From an uncultured Verrucomicrobiae bacterium (lineage in GTDB: Bacteria; Verrucomicrobiota; Verrucomicrobiia; Limisphaerales; Palsa-1400), in the NCBI GenBank assembly GCA_963764165.1, contig CAVXRD010000002.1, positions 2,560,001 to 2,624,000 of the forward strand: 64,000 nt of DNA, written 5' to 3'. Under the pieces are notes generated by a model. It made no database searches. It saw nothing but the letters and a program-made list of their open reading frames with translations, and was not told where the DNA came from. Below are positions 19,437 to 30,220 of this stretch, one piece after another (position 1 is the first letter of the stretch; each line of letters begins with the position of its first letter). The position numbers and the translations under genes were made by a program.

Positions 19437-19939
19437 GCGAGAGCGCGGACGACTTCGTGTTGGTTGCCTTGGGATCGAACCTGGGCGACCGCGCCGAACT
19501 CATCCGCCGGGCGTTCGATTCCCTGCAAGGGCTGGCGCGCTCGCCGATTCTGCGATCCTCGCTATGGCAAAGCTCCCCGGTGGATTGCCCGCCGGATTCA
19601 CCGCTCTTCGTGAACGCCGCCGCCGGATTTATCCCGCGCCCGGGGGAAACGCCGCATTCGCTATTGCGTCAACTGCAATTTATCGAAGCGTCCTTCGGGC
19701 GCCGCCGCCGCTCTGTTGTGAACGCGCCTCGCCCGCTCGATCTCGATTTAATCGCCTTCGGCCAGCGCATCGTCAATTCTCCCGGCCTGACCCTTCCCCA
19801 CCCACGCGCCCACACCCGCCGCTTCGTGTTGCAGCCGCTCTCCGAAATCGCCTCGGGTTTCACGCTCCCCGGCGCCAATCAAACCATCGCCGACCTACTC
19901 CGGGGATTATCCTGCGATGAAGCGGTGATGCGGATATAG
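19433..19939 (+). CDS. folK: 2-amino-4-hydroxy-6-hydroxymethyldihydropteridine diphosphokinase
   Basis: Motifs ALGSNLGDR, PRPLDLDL, LTLPHPR, RRFVLQPL. Confidence 0.93.
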   Translation: MSESADDFVLVALGSNLGDRAELIRRAFDSLQGLARSPILRSSLWQSSPVDCPPDSPLFVNAAAGFIPRPGETPHSLLRQLQFIEASFGRRRRSVVNAPRPLDLDLIAFGQRIVNSPGLTLPHPRAHTRRFVLQPLSEIASGFTLPGANQTIADLLRGLSCDEAVMRI

Positions 19940-19945
19940 TGACGC

Positions 19946-22900
19946 CTAATCCCATTGGCAGAGCGATTCCACATAGGCGGCGGAGCCGTCGCGGAGCCAG
20001 CCGTCGAGCTGGGCTTGGTCTTTCAACTGCTGGCCGCGCAGGCGCGGGACGACGAAGAAACGGCAATTCACTTCCGGCAACGCGCTCATGTCGCCCCAGA
20101 GTTTCTCGAATTGCGCGACGGGGAAAATATCTTCTTGACCGTGGCCCCACCGCTTTTTCACTTCTTTAAGAGTGATATAAGTCGGCATCCGCGCGGACAC
20201 TTTGCGAATGGCGGCGGATACCTTTTCGCCATCGGCAAGATCGTCGGCGGACAATTCGAACAGGGCGAGCAATTGCTGGATGTCAATCCATGTGCTCATT
20301 GAGTTGTAATAGGAAAGCGCGAATTCATCCTCTTCGCGCGGCATGGAGAGGCCCTCCAAAATTCGCGGGCGCCCCTGCACGCGAGCGAGGCCGCCGCCAC
20401 GATCCTCAAGGCGGCGCGTGATCACCTCGAACGACAGACAGGCGCCCTCGCGAATGTGCAATCCCAGCAAACCGGGATCAAGATCGACGCCGAGGCAGTC
20501 AATATTATGCAGCAGCAGGTAACGCAAATTGGGACGATCCTTGAGCAATTGGAGAAGGACGCCGTTGCGCATCATGTTCGACACCTCGTACCAGTGGCCG
20601 ACGGGATGCAGGCATTGCGCGGGGACGTTGTCCGTGTAATCGCTGCCTTCGCCAGTTTGTTTCGCCCAGCCGATCAGCGCGGCGCGCAAGCTCAGGCGGA
20701 CTTTTTGCGCCTGCTCATCCAGCATTTGCTGGGGCATTTCCTCCCAGAGAAATCGCAAATCGCGCTCCATCGGCACGAGGCGCAAACCAATGGCGCGGCC
20801 AGGCGAAAGCACGAGCGGCCCGGGGTAATTGTAATTTTTTCGGCGTTCCAAAAACTCCTCAATCGGCGCATGTGTCAAATAGCTGGTGGTCACCACATGC
20901 GGAATTTCGAGCTCGTATTCGCGGCCCGCGCGCCTGCTCTTGGCCAGGTGCGCCTCCAGAAACGTGCGATGCCGGCCGCCGAGTTTGCAGAACGGATGCA
21001 GCGCCTTGACCACACCCGCGCCCTGCGTCCAGCGGCTTCCCACGCCAGCGGCAAGCGTCACCACCGCGACCGAGCCGCGGGCAATCGCCTCCGCGCCGAG
21101 CGCCGTGCAATCGCGCGGCAGCGCACCGGTTGCGTCAATAATATCTTCAGGCTGGACGTCGGAAATCACCGCGCTGGCGGGCAGCCGGTTTTGCGCCAGG
21201 CCGATGCGGCCATTCTTCAAATCCGCCCGGATGTGCTCGTGCTCGGCCCTGTCAAAACCATTTTCCACCAGCATGGCCTCCAGCGTGCGCTCCTTGTCCG
21301 ATTTTCGCGCGGCTTGGGGCAGCAAACGGTCGACGATTTTTTGCATCGCAACTCCCCATTCCGATTGCGTCTTGGCCGCGGCGGCCAGCTTGTCGATTTC
21401 GGCGCGCCGGGACGGAATCAGGCTTTGCAAATCCAATTTCAGCAGCGGCGGCACAATCATCTCATAGTAGGATGGCGGCAGCAGCGCGGTCTCTCCTGTC
21501 AATAATACTGACCAGGTCCCGCGCTCGTTGATGGCGAAATCGTAGACCACCGGCTCCATCGCGAACGGAAGCGCGTTCTCCAATTCGCGCTTGGTTGCCA
21601 GCATGATCGATTGCAGGCGGTCCTGCGCCTCCTGCTTGCGTTCCGGCGCAAAAATGAATCCCATGCCGCCGCCCGACATGCCGCCCAGCATCCAGAATCC
21701 CCAAAAATCACCGCCAAATTCCGCCCGCGCTTTGTCAATCAAAACTTCCGTGTAATGCGTGCCGGCCCAGGGAATAATGGTTTGCAGCGGCCCGGAGAAA
21801 TTCCGCCAGGTGGCCGCGCCAATGCGGCGGACATCCTCGTCCCGCAATGCGGCGAGCACTTCGTCGAGCACCCCGAGAGCTTCTCCGCGCGCATCCCATT
21901 CCGGCTGGCTGCGGAGCAGATATTTCTCGGTGACCATTTCCAAGATAGGCCCGACGTTTTGCGCCATGCCGCCATGCACCAGCACAAGGCTGTCCTGCAA
22001 TTTGCGGCGGACCGTTTCAGACGCATCGGCTGGGCCAAACACCTTGTGCGTCGGCATGAGGCGGCCGCGGCTGAGGCCAAATTCCGCATCGCCCTCGGCG
22101 GCAGCCGCGCCCTGGATCAATTTGAGCCCGGGCCAGACGCCGCCGGAATCCTGCCAGCCGCCGCCTGATCCGCCGATCCATTCGCCGAGAATCGCACGGG
22201 CCAGAACCAATCGCCGCTCCGGCTCGGCCAGTCCGCCTTCCAGCGAATGCGCCTGGCCGGTCGCCCGCATGCAGGCGGAAATGAGCGCGGCCAGCAAATT
22301 CGTTGAGACGGCGAGGCGCGAGCCTTTAGGAATATTATTGACGCTGCTGACCATCTCGATTCCGCGCCCCGGGCCGAGAATGTGCGCCAGCAAATCAGCC
22401 AGGCTTTGGCCCGAACCTTCAATGCCCGGCGGCACAATGCCCGCCGCAATGATGGCTGCTTTCAACAACCCGAGATAATCGCGCGCAAAATCGAAAACTT
22501 CCGCCAGGCTGCTGATGTCGGCCGACGCCCCCAGGTCAATGCTGGCCAGGCGAAGCACCGGTTCGTCAATGACGCGCAGGTAAACTTCGATAGGCGGCTT
22601 GGGCGCGCGGTCACGCCCGCGCACACCGAGATTCACCGAAACATTCAGCACTTTCGCGCCCTCGGGATAATCCATGCCGAGGAAGAAAATATCGCTCCAT
22701 GCGCTGTGCGTGAGATCCATTCGAACCGGAGTTTCCTCGCGCAGCACAGGATAGCAGCCATCCGGCCCGCGTTGCAAAAGTTCCGGGCGGAATCGCAGCG
22801 GCTGGTCCGCCGGGTGGCCCATGCGAAACATCCATTGATTGCCCGGGACAGACCGCACGCTCCGGCGCACCTGGTCCGCCAGCGTTTGGATGCCGAGCCG

Positions 22901-23266
22901 GTAATACGCCGAAGCGAGCGCGCTCGAGATGGCGTCGCTGGGGCCGTCTTTGCGCTGGGCGTCAAGAAACGTTTTGATCGCTTCCTCGAACCGGCGCTGG
23001 AGCAAATGATTCCAGCCCGTAAATGGAATCAGCCCTCGGCGCTGCAAGCCGGCGCGAGCGGGCAAATGAAAGCGATGCAACGCATACAGAAAAATCAATG
23101 CCCTGACCCGCTCGTATAAACTTTCGCTGACGCGGCGGAATTGTTCCAAATCTTCGCATTCCGCCAAAAGCTCACCGAGGGACGCGTCCGCGCAAGCCGA
23201 GTCAAGCGATTGATGGCGAACCGAGGGCTCCGCCGACGTTATGATGTCGCGCAGGCGCAATCTCAT
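19946..23266 (-). CDS. Bifunctional GHMP-type sugar kinase / UDP-sugar pyrophosphorylase-like protein
   Basis: Kinase motifs [30 protein letters not shown]-terminal nucleotidyltransferase motifs [24 protein letters not shown]. Confidence 0.75.
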   Translation of the reverse strand: MRLRLRDIITSAEPSVRHQSLDSACADASLGELLAECEDLEQFRRVSESLYERVRALIFLYALHRFHLPARAGLQRRGLIPFTGWNHLLQRRFEEAIKTFLDAQRKDGPSDAISSALASAYYRLGIQTLADQVRRSVRSVPGNQWMFRMGHPADQPLRFRPELLQRGPDGCYPVLREETPVRMDLTHSAWSDIFFLGMDYPEGAKVLNVSVNLGVRGRDRAPKPPIEVYLRVIDEPVLRLASIDLGASADISSLAEVFDFARDYLGLLKAAIIAAGIVPPGIEGSGQSLADLLAHILGPGRGIEMVSSVNNIPKGSRLAVSTNLLAALISACMRATGQAHSLEGGLAEPERRLVLARAILGEWIGGSGGGWQDSGGVWPGLKLIQGAAAAEGDAEFGLSRGRLMPTHKVFGPADASETVRRKLQDSLVLVHGGMAQNVGPILEMVTEKYLLRSQPEWDARGEALGVLDEVLAALRDEDVRRIGAATWRNFSGPLQTIIPWAGTHYTEVLIDKARAEFGGDFWGFWMLGGMSGGGMGFIFAPERKQEAQDRLQSIMLATKRELENALPFAMEPVVYDFAINERGTWSVLLTGETALLPPSYYEMIVPPLLKLDLQSLIPSRRAEIDKLAAAAKTQSEWGVAMQKIVDRLLPQAARKSDKERTLEAMLVENGFDRAEHEHIRADLKNGRIGLAQNRLPASAVISDVQPEDIIDATGALPRDCTALGAEAIARGSVAVVTLAAGVGSRWTQGAGVVKALHPFCKLGGRHRTFLEAHLAKSRRAGREYELEIPHVVTTSYLTHAPIEEFLERRKNYNYPGPLVLSPGRAIGLRLVPMERDLRFLWEEMPQQMLDEQAQKVRLSLRAALIGWAKQTGEGSDYTDNVPAQCLHPVGHWYEVSNMMRNGVLLQLLKDRPNLRYLLLHNIDCLGVDLDPGLLGLHIREGACLSFEVITRRLEDRGGGLARVQGRPRILEGLSMPREEDEFALSYYNSMSTWIDIQQLLALFELSADDLADGEKVSAAIRKVSARMPTYITLKEVKKRWGHGQEDIFPVAQFEKLWGDMSALPEVNCRFFVVPRLRGQQLKDQAQLDGWLRDGSAAYVESLCQWD

Positions 23267-24117
23267 GGCGCCGGGGCCGATGCGCCTTTCACCGCCAGCA
23301 TTTCGACCAGGTTCGAAAGCACCTCGTCCCGGTCTTTTCCGTCGAGGGCGAGCGCCATTTGAGCTGTCAACAATCCGTATTTCAAGCCGATGTCATAGCG
23401 GCGGCCCTCCAATTCCAGTGCGAGATAACGCTCGCGCGCGGCCAGCGAATGCAGCACCGCGCTGAGCGTGACTCCGTTCCACTGGCCGGCGCCCATTTCA
23501 TCCAATCGTTCCATGACCATCGGCGTCAGCACGTGCATTCCGAAAAAGCACAGGTAACGCCCGGCCCGCAAGCCGGGAACAAGCAGGCGCTGCTCGGCTT
23601 CGGTCGGCGTCGGTTTTTCGAGAACGGTGTCGATTTGATAAAGCCTCTGCCGCCCCGGCGCCAATCGTCCGCCCACCGCCCCATAATGCGGCAGTTTGCT
23701 TTCGTGCGTGGCTTGGACAGCGGAGACCGCGCACGCCTCGGCGCTCGCGACACCCACAAGCTGCTGGGCGCAATTTTTCCCGCCGCTGCTGACGTAAAGA
23801 TGATCGCCGACCAACAGCAGAAACGGGTCCTGCCCGGTGAAACTCGCGGCGCAATGAACCGCATGGCCGTAACCCAGCGGCGCGGCTTGCTCGACAAATT
23901 GCAGTCGTCCCGCCAGCGCTCCCGCCGCAGTGCGGTATGCCTCGCGATCACCCGGCCAAATGACGATGCAGACTTCTTCGACGCCCGCCTTAAGCACTTC
24001 CGCGACGACAATGGCCAGCGCGGTCTTGGGGCATCCGTCGGGGTCCACCAACGATTGAAGCGGGAGCGTGCGCTGATTTTTTCCAGCGGCGGTTATGACG
24101 GCTTTCTTGATTTGCAC
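23263..24117 (-). CDS. Sugar-phosphate nucleotidyltransferase (GalU-like)
   Basis: Motifs [31 protein letters not shown]; 4-nt overlap with the downstream gene. Confidence 0.85.
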   Translation of the reverse strand: MQIKKAVITAAGKNQRTLPLQSLVDPDGCPKTALAIVVAEVLKAGVEEVCIVIWPGDREAYRTAAGALAGRLQFVEQAAPLGYGHAVHCAASFTGQDPFLLLVGDHLYVSSGGKNCAQQLVGVASAEACAVSAVQATHESKLPHYGAVGGRLAPGRQRLYQIDTVLEKPTPTEAEQRLLVPGLRAGRYLCFFGMHVLTPMVMERLDEMGAGQWNGVTLSAVLHSLAARERYLALELEGRRYDIGLKYGLLTAQMALALDGKDRDEVLSNLVEMLAVKGASAPAP

Positions 24118-24190
24118 AGGGCTTTGATGTTTGACGATAGAATCTCCGAGGCCCGGATTTTTTCAACGTTAAACAGATCAATTGGCCTAT

Positions 24191-24274
24191 CCGGGGTGTG
24201 ATTGAAAGTGGGGGGAGGCGCGCGAGGTCGCTTTGTGCGAAGCGCGGCTGTGTCGAAGACCGGCCGCAGCCACG
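24191..24274. repeat. Half copy of composite element (GGGGTGTGATTGAAAGTGGG end + family C arm)
   Basis: Matches the left part of 51300-51488. Confidence 0.7.
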
Positions 24275-24291
24275 TGGAAACCAGTGGCGCC

Positions 24292-25800
24292 TCAGTGCGC
24301 TGACAACGGCTCCGCCAAAGTTTCCAAGCTTTGCTGTTCGGCCTTCACGCCGCAGGTGGCTTCGATGGCGGCGGCGGCGAGCATGAGTCCGGCGCTGGCG
24401 AGATAGCCGCAAAGGAGGTTCACGCGCGATCCTGTCGCAACCAGCGCGCCGAATAACCACGGCGCAACCACTCCGCCAATCCCCGTCCCGACGGCGAAGA
24501 AAAACGCTATGGCCAGCCCCCGCGTTTCCAATGGAAATATTTCGCTGACCGTCAAATAGGCCGAGCTGGCCGCGGGCGACGCAAAGAAGAAAATCACCGT
24601 CCAGAGAACCGTTTGCTGCGTGGCTGAGATCGAGCCCCGGCTGAATAACCATGCCGTCACAGCCAGCAGGATGGCGGAAATTGTGTAGGTGCCGGAAATC
24701 ATTTTTCGCCGGCCAATCGTGTCAAAGAAATGCCCCAGCACAATTGGACCCAGAAAATTTCCCAAGGCAAAGGGCAGAAGATAAAGGCCAGTTTTTTCGC
24801 CGGGGATGTTGTAAAATTTTGTCAATACTAACGCGTAAGTGAAAAACACCGCGTTGTAAAAAAATGCCTGCGACACCATCAGCGCCAACCCGAGCAGCGC
24901 TCGCGCTCGATACTGGAGAAACATGGCCTTCGCGATCATGCCGAAACCGTATTTTGTCTGCGGCCGGATCTTCAGCGGTTCGCCGGTTGGCGCCGGCAAA
25001 TCGCCGCCATGGGACTCTTTGACGCGATCTTCAATTTCCGCCGTGATGCGCTCGGCTTCTTCCGGATGCCCGTGTGTCAGCAGCCAGCGCGGGCTTTCCG
25101 GGACAAATCGCCGCAGGTATAAAACGCAAAGCCCAATGACCCCTCCAATGGCAAAGCCCAATCTCCAGCCGACATTCACTCCGAAATGTTGAGGGTCCAA
25201 AATAACGAGGGTCGAAAGCGATCCCGCCGCCGCGCCGAGCCAATAACTCCCGTTCACAATCAAATCCACGCGGCCGCGCAGCCGGGCTGGAATCAATTCG
25301 TCGATGGCGGAATTGATCGCGGAATACTCGCCCCCGATTCCAGCGCCTGTTAGAAATCGGAAGAGGCAAAAGCTCCAAAGATTCCAAGAGATCGCGGAAA
25401 GAATGACGCCGCACAAATAAATGATGAGTGTCACAAAGAATAATTTGCGCCGCCCGTAGCGGTCCGTGGCCCACCCGAATACGAGCGAGCCCAGCACCGC
25501 GCCGACAAGGTACCAGGACGCCAGCACGCCGATTTGCGCCGGTTTCAAAGCGAGCGTGTGCGGATTTCCCAGCACGCCGCTGATCGCGCCCACCAGTGTC
25601 ACTTCGAGCCCGTCAAGAATCCAAGTGACGCCAAGCGACATGATGACCAGCCAATGGAAACGGCTCCACGGCAGACGATCGATGCGCTGCGGAATGTGGG
25701 TTTCGATGGTGCCGGAAGCGGTTGAAGCCGAGCTTGAGTTTGGCTCGTTTGGGACTGCGTTTGTCGTGTGATCCGGCATCCGTTCCTCCGTTGCAGTCAC
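24292..25800 (-). CDS. MFS transporter (sugar/aromatic acid-like)
   Basis: About 12 hydrophobic segments; DRYGRRK, GAGIGGEY, ESPRWL, SEIFPLETRG. Start GTG 25800 or ATG 25779. Confidence 0.92.
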   Translation of the reverse strand: MTATEERMPDHTTNAVPNEPNSSSASTASGTIETHIPQRIDRLPWSRFHWLVIMSLGVTWILDGLEVTLVGAISGVLGNPHTLALKPAQIGVLASWYLVGAVLGSLVFGWATDRYGRRKLFFVTLIIYLCGVILSAISWNLWSFCLFRFLTGAGIGGEYSAINSAIDELIPARLRGRVDLIVNGSYWLGAAAGSLSTLVILDPQHFGVNVGWRLGFAIGGVIGLCVLYLRRFVPESPRWLLTHGHPEEAERITAEIEDRVKESHGGDLPAPTGEPLKIRPQTKYGFGMIAKAMFLQYRARALLGLALMVSQAFFYNAVFFTYALVLTKFYNIPGEKTGLYLLPFALGNFLGPIVLGHFFDTIGRRKMISGTYTISAILLAVTAWLFSRGSISATQQTVLWTVIFFFASPAASSAYLTVSEIFPLETRGLAIAFFFAVGTGIGGVVAPWLFGALVATGSRVNLLCGYLASAGLMLAAAAIEATCGVKAEQQSLETLAEPLSAH

Positions 25801-25878
25801 ATTAATGGCCGCTCGGCCGGATTCAATTCGGTGGCGGCATGAAATGGTTATCGGGTATTCCCCTTTTGGGCGGGCAAG

Positions 25879-26044
25879 AATTTAATCTGGAACCTAGGAA
25901 ATCAGGAAAAGAGGCCGGAGTTGGTTTTCACGCGCAGACAAATTCGTATCCGGTTCAAATATTCTTCCCATTATTCACATTACTCCCATCGCGAAGAAAA
26001 TGCCCCCGGCCTCGTTTCCTGATTTCTTGAGTTCCAGATTAAAT
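25879..26044. repeat. ~40-bp-arm inverted repeat
   Basis: ATTTAATCTGGAACCTAGGAAATCAGGAAAAGAGGCCGG ... CCGGCCTCGTTTCCTGATTTCTTGAGTTCCAGATTAAAT. Confidence 0.75.
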
Positions 26045-26080
26045 AATTCCCATTTCTTTCCTGCCGTCGCAAACTGCGGT

Positions 26081-27190
26081 GTGCGTTTGCTGGATCGTTA
26101 CTTATTGCGCGAGCTGCTCGTGCCTTTGGGATATTGCCTGGGTGGGTTCCTGATTTTTTACGTCGCGTTTGACCTGATTTTTCAGATCAACCGTTTTCTC
26201 GATGCGCACCTGCTTTTTGTTGACATTGTCGAGTATTATGTTGTCACGCTGCCGGAGTTGCTGGCGGAACAGGTTTTGCCCGTCTCGCTGCTGCTCGCAC
26301 TGCTCTACGCGACCACCAATCACAGCCGCTACAACGAACTGACCGCTATTCGCGCCGCTGGTGTCAGCTTGTGGCGGCTGTCCGTGCCGTATTTTGCGAC
26401 TGGCGCGGCTTTCGGCGTCGTCATTTTTTTGATCGGCGAATTCTGGCTGTCCTCTGCGGATGAGCGCGCGAAGATCATTTTGGATCGCCACCAGGAGGTC
26501 GCCACCGAGCGCAGCCAGGCCACGCGCCTGACGTTTCACAACGACGCCACCCATCGCGATTGGACCATCAGCCGCTTCAACCGCGCGACCGGCGAACTGT
26601 TCCATCCGGTGATTCAATCGCACATGCCGGACGGCTCCGCGCAGACGCTCGCCTCTGAGCGCGCCGAGTACCACGAGGGCAAATGGAGTTTTTACAACGT
26701 CACGAATTGGGTTAAGGCAACCAATTCTGACTTTCCAAACTCGACGAACTACGCCAAGGTCACGCTTGAGCTGCCGGAGACGCCTGCCTGGATTCGGAGC
26801 GAAATCAAATTCCACTCGTTCCGCACCGCGGATGCCGCCAAAGGCCCGAAATTTTCAATGGGCGAAATCCGCAATTTTTTGAAGCTCCACCCGCAAATCG
26901 AAAAAGATAAAAAGGACAGGTTGTTGACACAATTTCAGGCGCGGCTGGCTGCGCCTTTTACGTGCCTGGCGGTGGTGCTGATCGCGCTCCCTTTCGGCGC
27001 GCGAACCGGGCGGCATAATGTGTTCGTCGGCGTAGCCAGCAGCATCTTCATTTGCTTCGCCTACTTCATCATGCAGAAGATCTCTTACGGACTTGGGCTG
27101 GGAGGATTTCTGCCGCCCTTCCTTGCGGCCTGGCTTCCGAATATCGTGTGCGGCGGAACCGGGCTGATCCTGCTCACGCGTGTCAGATAA
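26081..27190 (+). CDS. LptF/LptG family LPS export permease
   Basis: RLLDRYLLRE, NELTAIRAAGVSLWRL, AAWLPNI; 3+3 TM layout with a periplasmic domain; GTG start. Confidence 0.9.
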   Translation: MRLLDRYLLRELLVPLGYCLGGFLIFYVAFDLIFQINRFLDAHLLFVDIVEYYVVTLPELLAEQVLPVSLLLALLYATTNHSRYNELTAIRAAGVSLWRLSVPYFATGAAFGVVIFLIGEFWLSSADERAKIILDRHQEVATERSQATRLTFHNDATHRDWTISRFNRATGELFHPVIQSHMPDGSAQTLASERAEYHEGKWSFYNVTNWVKATNSDFPNSTNYAKVTLELPETPAWIRSEIKFHSFRTADAAKGPKFSMGEIRNFLKLHPQIEKDKKDRLLTQFQARLAAPFTCLAVVLIALPFGARTGRHNVFVGVASSIFICFAYFIMQKISYGLGLGGFLPPFLAAWLPNIVCGGTGLILLTRVR

Positions 27191-27206
27191 ATGCGCTTGG
27201 CTCCAG

Positions 27207-27283
27207 GGCAGGGACGCCTCGCCGAGGCGTCCGGTTGCGCTTGAATCATGCCTCACCCCGGACGCCTCGGCGAGGCGTCTACC
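27207..27283. repeat. REP-like doublet, family B
   Basis: Same hairpins and partial spacer as 11255-11355; lies between convergent genes. Confidence 0.88.
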
Positions 27284-27304
27284 TTAAAAGATGCGTGGGC
27301 GAGC

Positions 27305-28132
27305 TTACTTTCCCGGCTCTGCAAACAGCACCGTGAAAGCTTTCAGGAAACGCGCCATTTCGTCCTTCTTGCTTTCGCCCATGGCCAGCACTTCCTTGTG
27401 GGCGAGGATGCCGGCTTTTTCGTCGCCGCCAGCTTTGTTGGTGACGCAGGAAATTCCAGCCACTGCCAACCCGCATTGGCGGGCCACGATGGCCTCGGGG
27501 ACGGTGCTCATGCCGATGGCGTCCGCTCCCAGCGTTCGGAAGGCGCGGATTTCGGCTGGCGTTTCGTAATTCGGACCCGACACCGCCATATAAACGCCGA
27601 CGTGCAGGCGCAGCTTGCTTTTCTTGGCCGCCTTCCTGGCGACCTTGATCAACCGCCGGTCGTAGACGCGTGTCAAATCCACGAATCGCGGCAAGCCAGG
27701 CAGGGCCGGGCCGCGCAAGGGGTTCGCGCCCATCAAATTAATATGATCATCCAGCGCCATGAAATCGCCGGAGCGATAATTCTTGTTTATGGCCCCAGCA
27801 GCGTTCGTCAACAACAGCGTTTTCACTCCGAATTCCGCCAGCACGCGAACCGGGAATGTCAGCCGCTCCATTTCAACGCCTTCGTAATAATGAACGCGCC
27901 CCTTCAGCACGAGCACCGGAATTCCGTCAAAGGTGCCGACGACCAATTTGCCCGCGTGGCCCGTCACACCGACCGTTGGGAAGCCCGGCAATTGGCCATA
28001 TGCAATTTCCCGGGCGACATCGAGGTGAGTCAAGGCCTGCTGAAAACCGCTGCCGAGAACCATCCCCAGAACGGGGCGGAGGCTGGTTTCCTTGCGGAGC
28101 GTCGCGGCGGTGATTTTTGGATCAAACATCAT
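27305..28132 (-). CDS. punA: Purine-nucleoside phosphorylase (trimeric type)
   Basis: Motifs VLGSG, GRVHYYEG, TNAAG, GPNYETPAE, GMSTVPE, VTN. Confidence 0.9.
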   Translation of the reverse strand: MMFDPKITAATLRKETSLRPVLGMVLGSGFQQALTHLDVAREIAYGQLPGFPTVGVTGHAGKLVVGTFDGIPVLVLKGRVHYYEGVEMERLTFPVRVLAEFGVKTLLLTNAAGAINKNYRSGDFMALDDHINLMGANPLRGPALPGLPRFVDLTRVYDRRLIKVARKAAKKSKLRLHVGVYMAVSGPNYETPAEIRAFRTLGADAIGMSTVPEAIVARQCGLAVAGISCVTNKAGGDEKAGILAHKEVLAMGESKKDEMARFLKAFTVLFAEPGK

Positions 28133-28212
28133 GAACCAACATTCTTGGGGCATTGGGCGCCGCCATTCAATTCTTTTCCTTTGGCCGGTTCGTCTTACTC
28201 TGCTGCGCGATC

Positions 28213-29106
28213 ATGAAGCCGCTGCACCTGGTGTTGCTCATTCTGATGAATTGTCTTTGGGCCGTATCTTATGCGGCTTTCAAAGCACTCAGCCCATGGC
28301 TCGATTCGGGCGGCATTGCGACGCTCCGTTTTGGCGTGGCAGGGCTAATTTTGATTTTCTGCTGGCCGCTTCTGCCGGGAGAAAATCCTCGCGGACACGA
28401 TTGGCTCCGCTGCGTCGGGCTCGGCATCATTGTGTTTGTCGGCGCGCCGCGCCTCCAAGTGGCTGGTGTGCAAATGGGCAGCGCGGTCGCGGCCTCGCTT
28501 CTCATCGCGCTGGACTCACTTGTAACATCCGTCGCCGCCGCAATTTTTCTGCGTGAACGTATTGCGCCGCGACGCTGGATTGGTTTTCTGCTCGGCGTGA
28601 CGGGCGCGGTGTTGATGGCGGAAATGTGGAAGCCGGATTTCCGATTGCCCGCGCTGACCGGCAATATATTGGTCGTGCTTTCCTTCTTTTGCGAGGCCGC
28701 CTACTCCGTGCTTGGCAAGCCAATGCTGGGCCGGGTGGGATTATTCAAAATCCTCGGCGTCGCACTCACCATCGGAACCATCATCAACTTATCCATCGAT
28801 GGCCGCGCCACACTCCATGCCATTCCAGCGATGACGGCTTATGCGTGGACCACTTTGCTGTACTTGTCACTGATCTGCACGCTGGCCGGCTACTCGCTGT
28901 GGTTCGAGGTGATCAAGGACGTGGACGTCAACATCGCCGCCCTCACCATTTTCGCGCAACCAGTCGTCGGCGCGCTGGTGGCGGTGGTGTGGCTTGGCGA
29001 AACACTCCGCTGGGGCCAGCTTTGGGGAAGCCTGGCAATCATCGCGGGACTTGTGATCGGGTTTTATCGGCGAAAATCCCGTCGGCTGGAAGCATCGAGC
29101 GCTTAA
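28213..29106 (+). CDS. DMT/EamA family transporter
   Basis: About 10 TM segments in two repeats; FLRERI and WLGETL motifs. Confidence 0.9.
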   Translation: MKPLHLVLLILMNCLWAVSYAAFKALSPWLDSGGIATLRFGVAGLILIFCWPLLPGENPRGHDWLRCVGLGIIVFVGAPRLQVAGVQMGSAVAASLLIALDSLVTSVAAAIFLRERIAPRRWIGFLLGVTGAVLMAEMWKPDFRLPALTGNILVVLSFFCEAAYSVLGKPMLGRVGLFKILGVALTIGTIINLSIDGRATLHAIPAMTAYAWTTLLYLSLICTLAGYSLWFEVIKDVDVNIAALTIFAQPVVGALVAVVWLGETLRWGQLWGSLAIIAGLVIGFYRRKSRRLEASSA

Positions 29107-29173
29107 ATGCCTCGAGAATTTATTGCTGCCACGTTATGATGCGCTCCATCGGAAACATGGCGACTTCGGATCG

Positions 29174-30220
29174 ATGTCGACAAATATGACAAATACACAA
29201 GCGGCAGGCTGCATTTTCGAACCAAGGTCCGAGGCTGATTGCGATTTGGCCTCTTTCGTGCCGGAATCGATTCGTAAACTTGAAAATCCTCAACTGGACC
29301 TCCCGCGGATTGCAAAGGACCCGTCGTTGATCGCAAAGATCGAAAGATCGATTCAAAAAATTCCGACGCAACACACGCTGATACATAATGACTCAAGACG
29401 CCTTGGCTCCTTGCCGCCATCGAGCGTTCACCTCATTTTGACATCGCCGCCATATTGGACACTCAAGGAGTATCGAGATCATCCTGGGCAAATGGGGCAT
29501 GTTTCAGACTATGACGAGTTTCTGAGCGATCTGGATCGGATTTGGAGAATTTGTTTTGACGCACTTGTGCCAGGGGGGCGTTTAATTTGCGTCGTTGGCG
29601 ATGTTTGTTTGTCTCGGCGCAAGAATGGAGGCCGCCACACCGTTGTGCCGTTGCACGCATCTATACAAGAGCATTGCCGGGTGATTGGCTTTGATAATTT
29701 GTCTCCCATCATTTGGCACAAAATTGCTAACGCAGCTTACGAAGTGGAAGGCGGCGGCGGTTTTTTGGGAAAGCCCTTTGAGCCAAATTCGGTAATCAAG
29801 AATGATATTGAATTTATCCTCATGCAACGAAAGCCGGGAGGCTACCGAACACCGACCGTCTCCGAGCGCGTTCTCAGCGTCATTTCGGCTGAAAACCATA
29901 AGAAATGGTTTCAGCAGATTTGGAGCGGAGTGACTGGAGCCTCGACGAAGAACCATCCCGCACCGTACCCTGTCGAACTCGCTGAGCGGTTAGTGCGAAT
30001 GTTCAGTTTTGTTGGTGATACCGTTCTCGATCCATTCGCGGGAACCGGCACAACAAACCTTGCGGCTGCAAGGTGGGGACGCAATAGCATTGGCGTAGAA
30101 GTCGACCCTGTTTATTTTGCACAAGCAGAGGAAAGGCTTTCGATTCGGGCCTCTGATCTCTTCTCAGTCGTGACCGTGAAATCATTACGGATGTCGAACC
30201 AAAACCATGCCCGATCATAG
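29174..30220 (+). CDS. Beta-class amino DNA methyltransferase (SPPY, likely N4-cytosine)
   Basis: Motif IV LTSPPYW precedes HPAPYP and motif I VLDPFAGTGT; start 29174 or 29186. Confidence 0.9.
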   Translation: MSTNMTNTQAAGCIFEPRSEADCDLASFVPESIRKLENPQLDLPRIAKDPSLIAKIERSIQKIPTQHTLIHNDSRRLGSLPPSSVHLILTSPPYWTLKEYRDHPGQMGHVSDYDEFLSDLDRIWRICFDALVPGGRLICVVGDVCLSRRKNGGRHTVVPLHASIQEHCRVIGFDNLSPIIWHKIANAAYEVEGGGGFLGKPFEPNSVIKNDIEFILMQRKPGGYRTPTVSERVLSVISAENHKKWFQQIWSGVTGASTKNHPAPYPVELAERLVRMFSFVGDTVLDPFAGTGTTNLAAARWGRNSIGVEVDPVYFAQAEERLSIRASDLFSVVTVKSLRMSNQNHARS

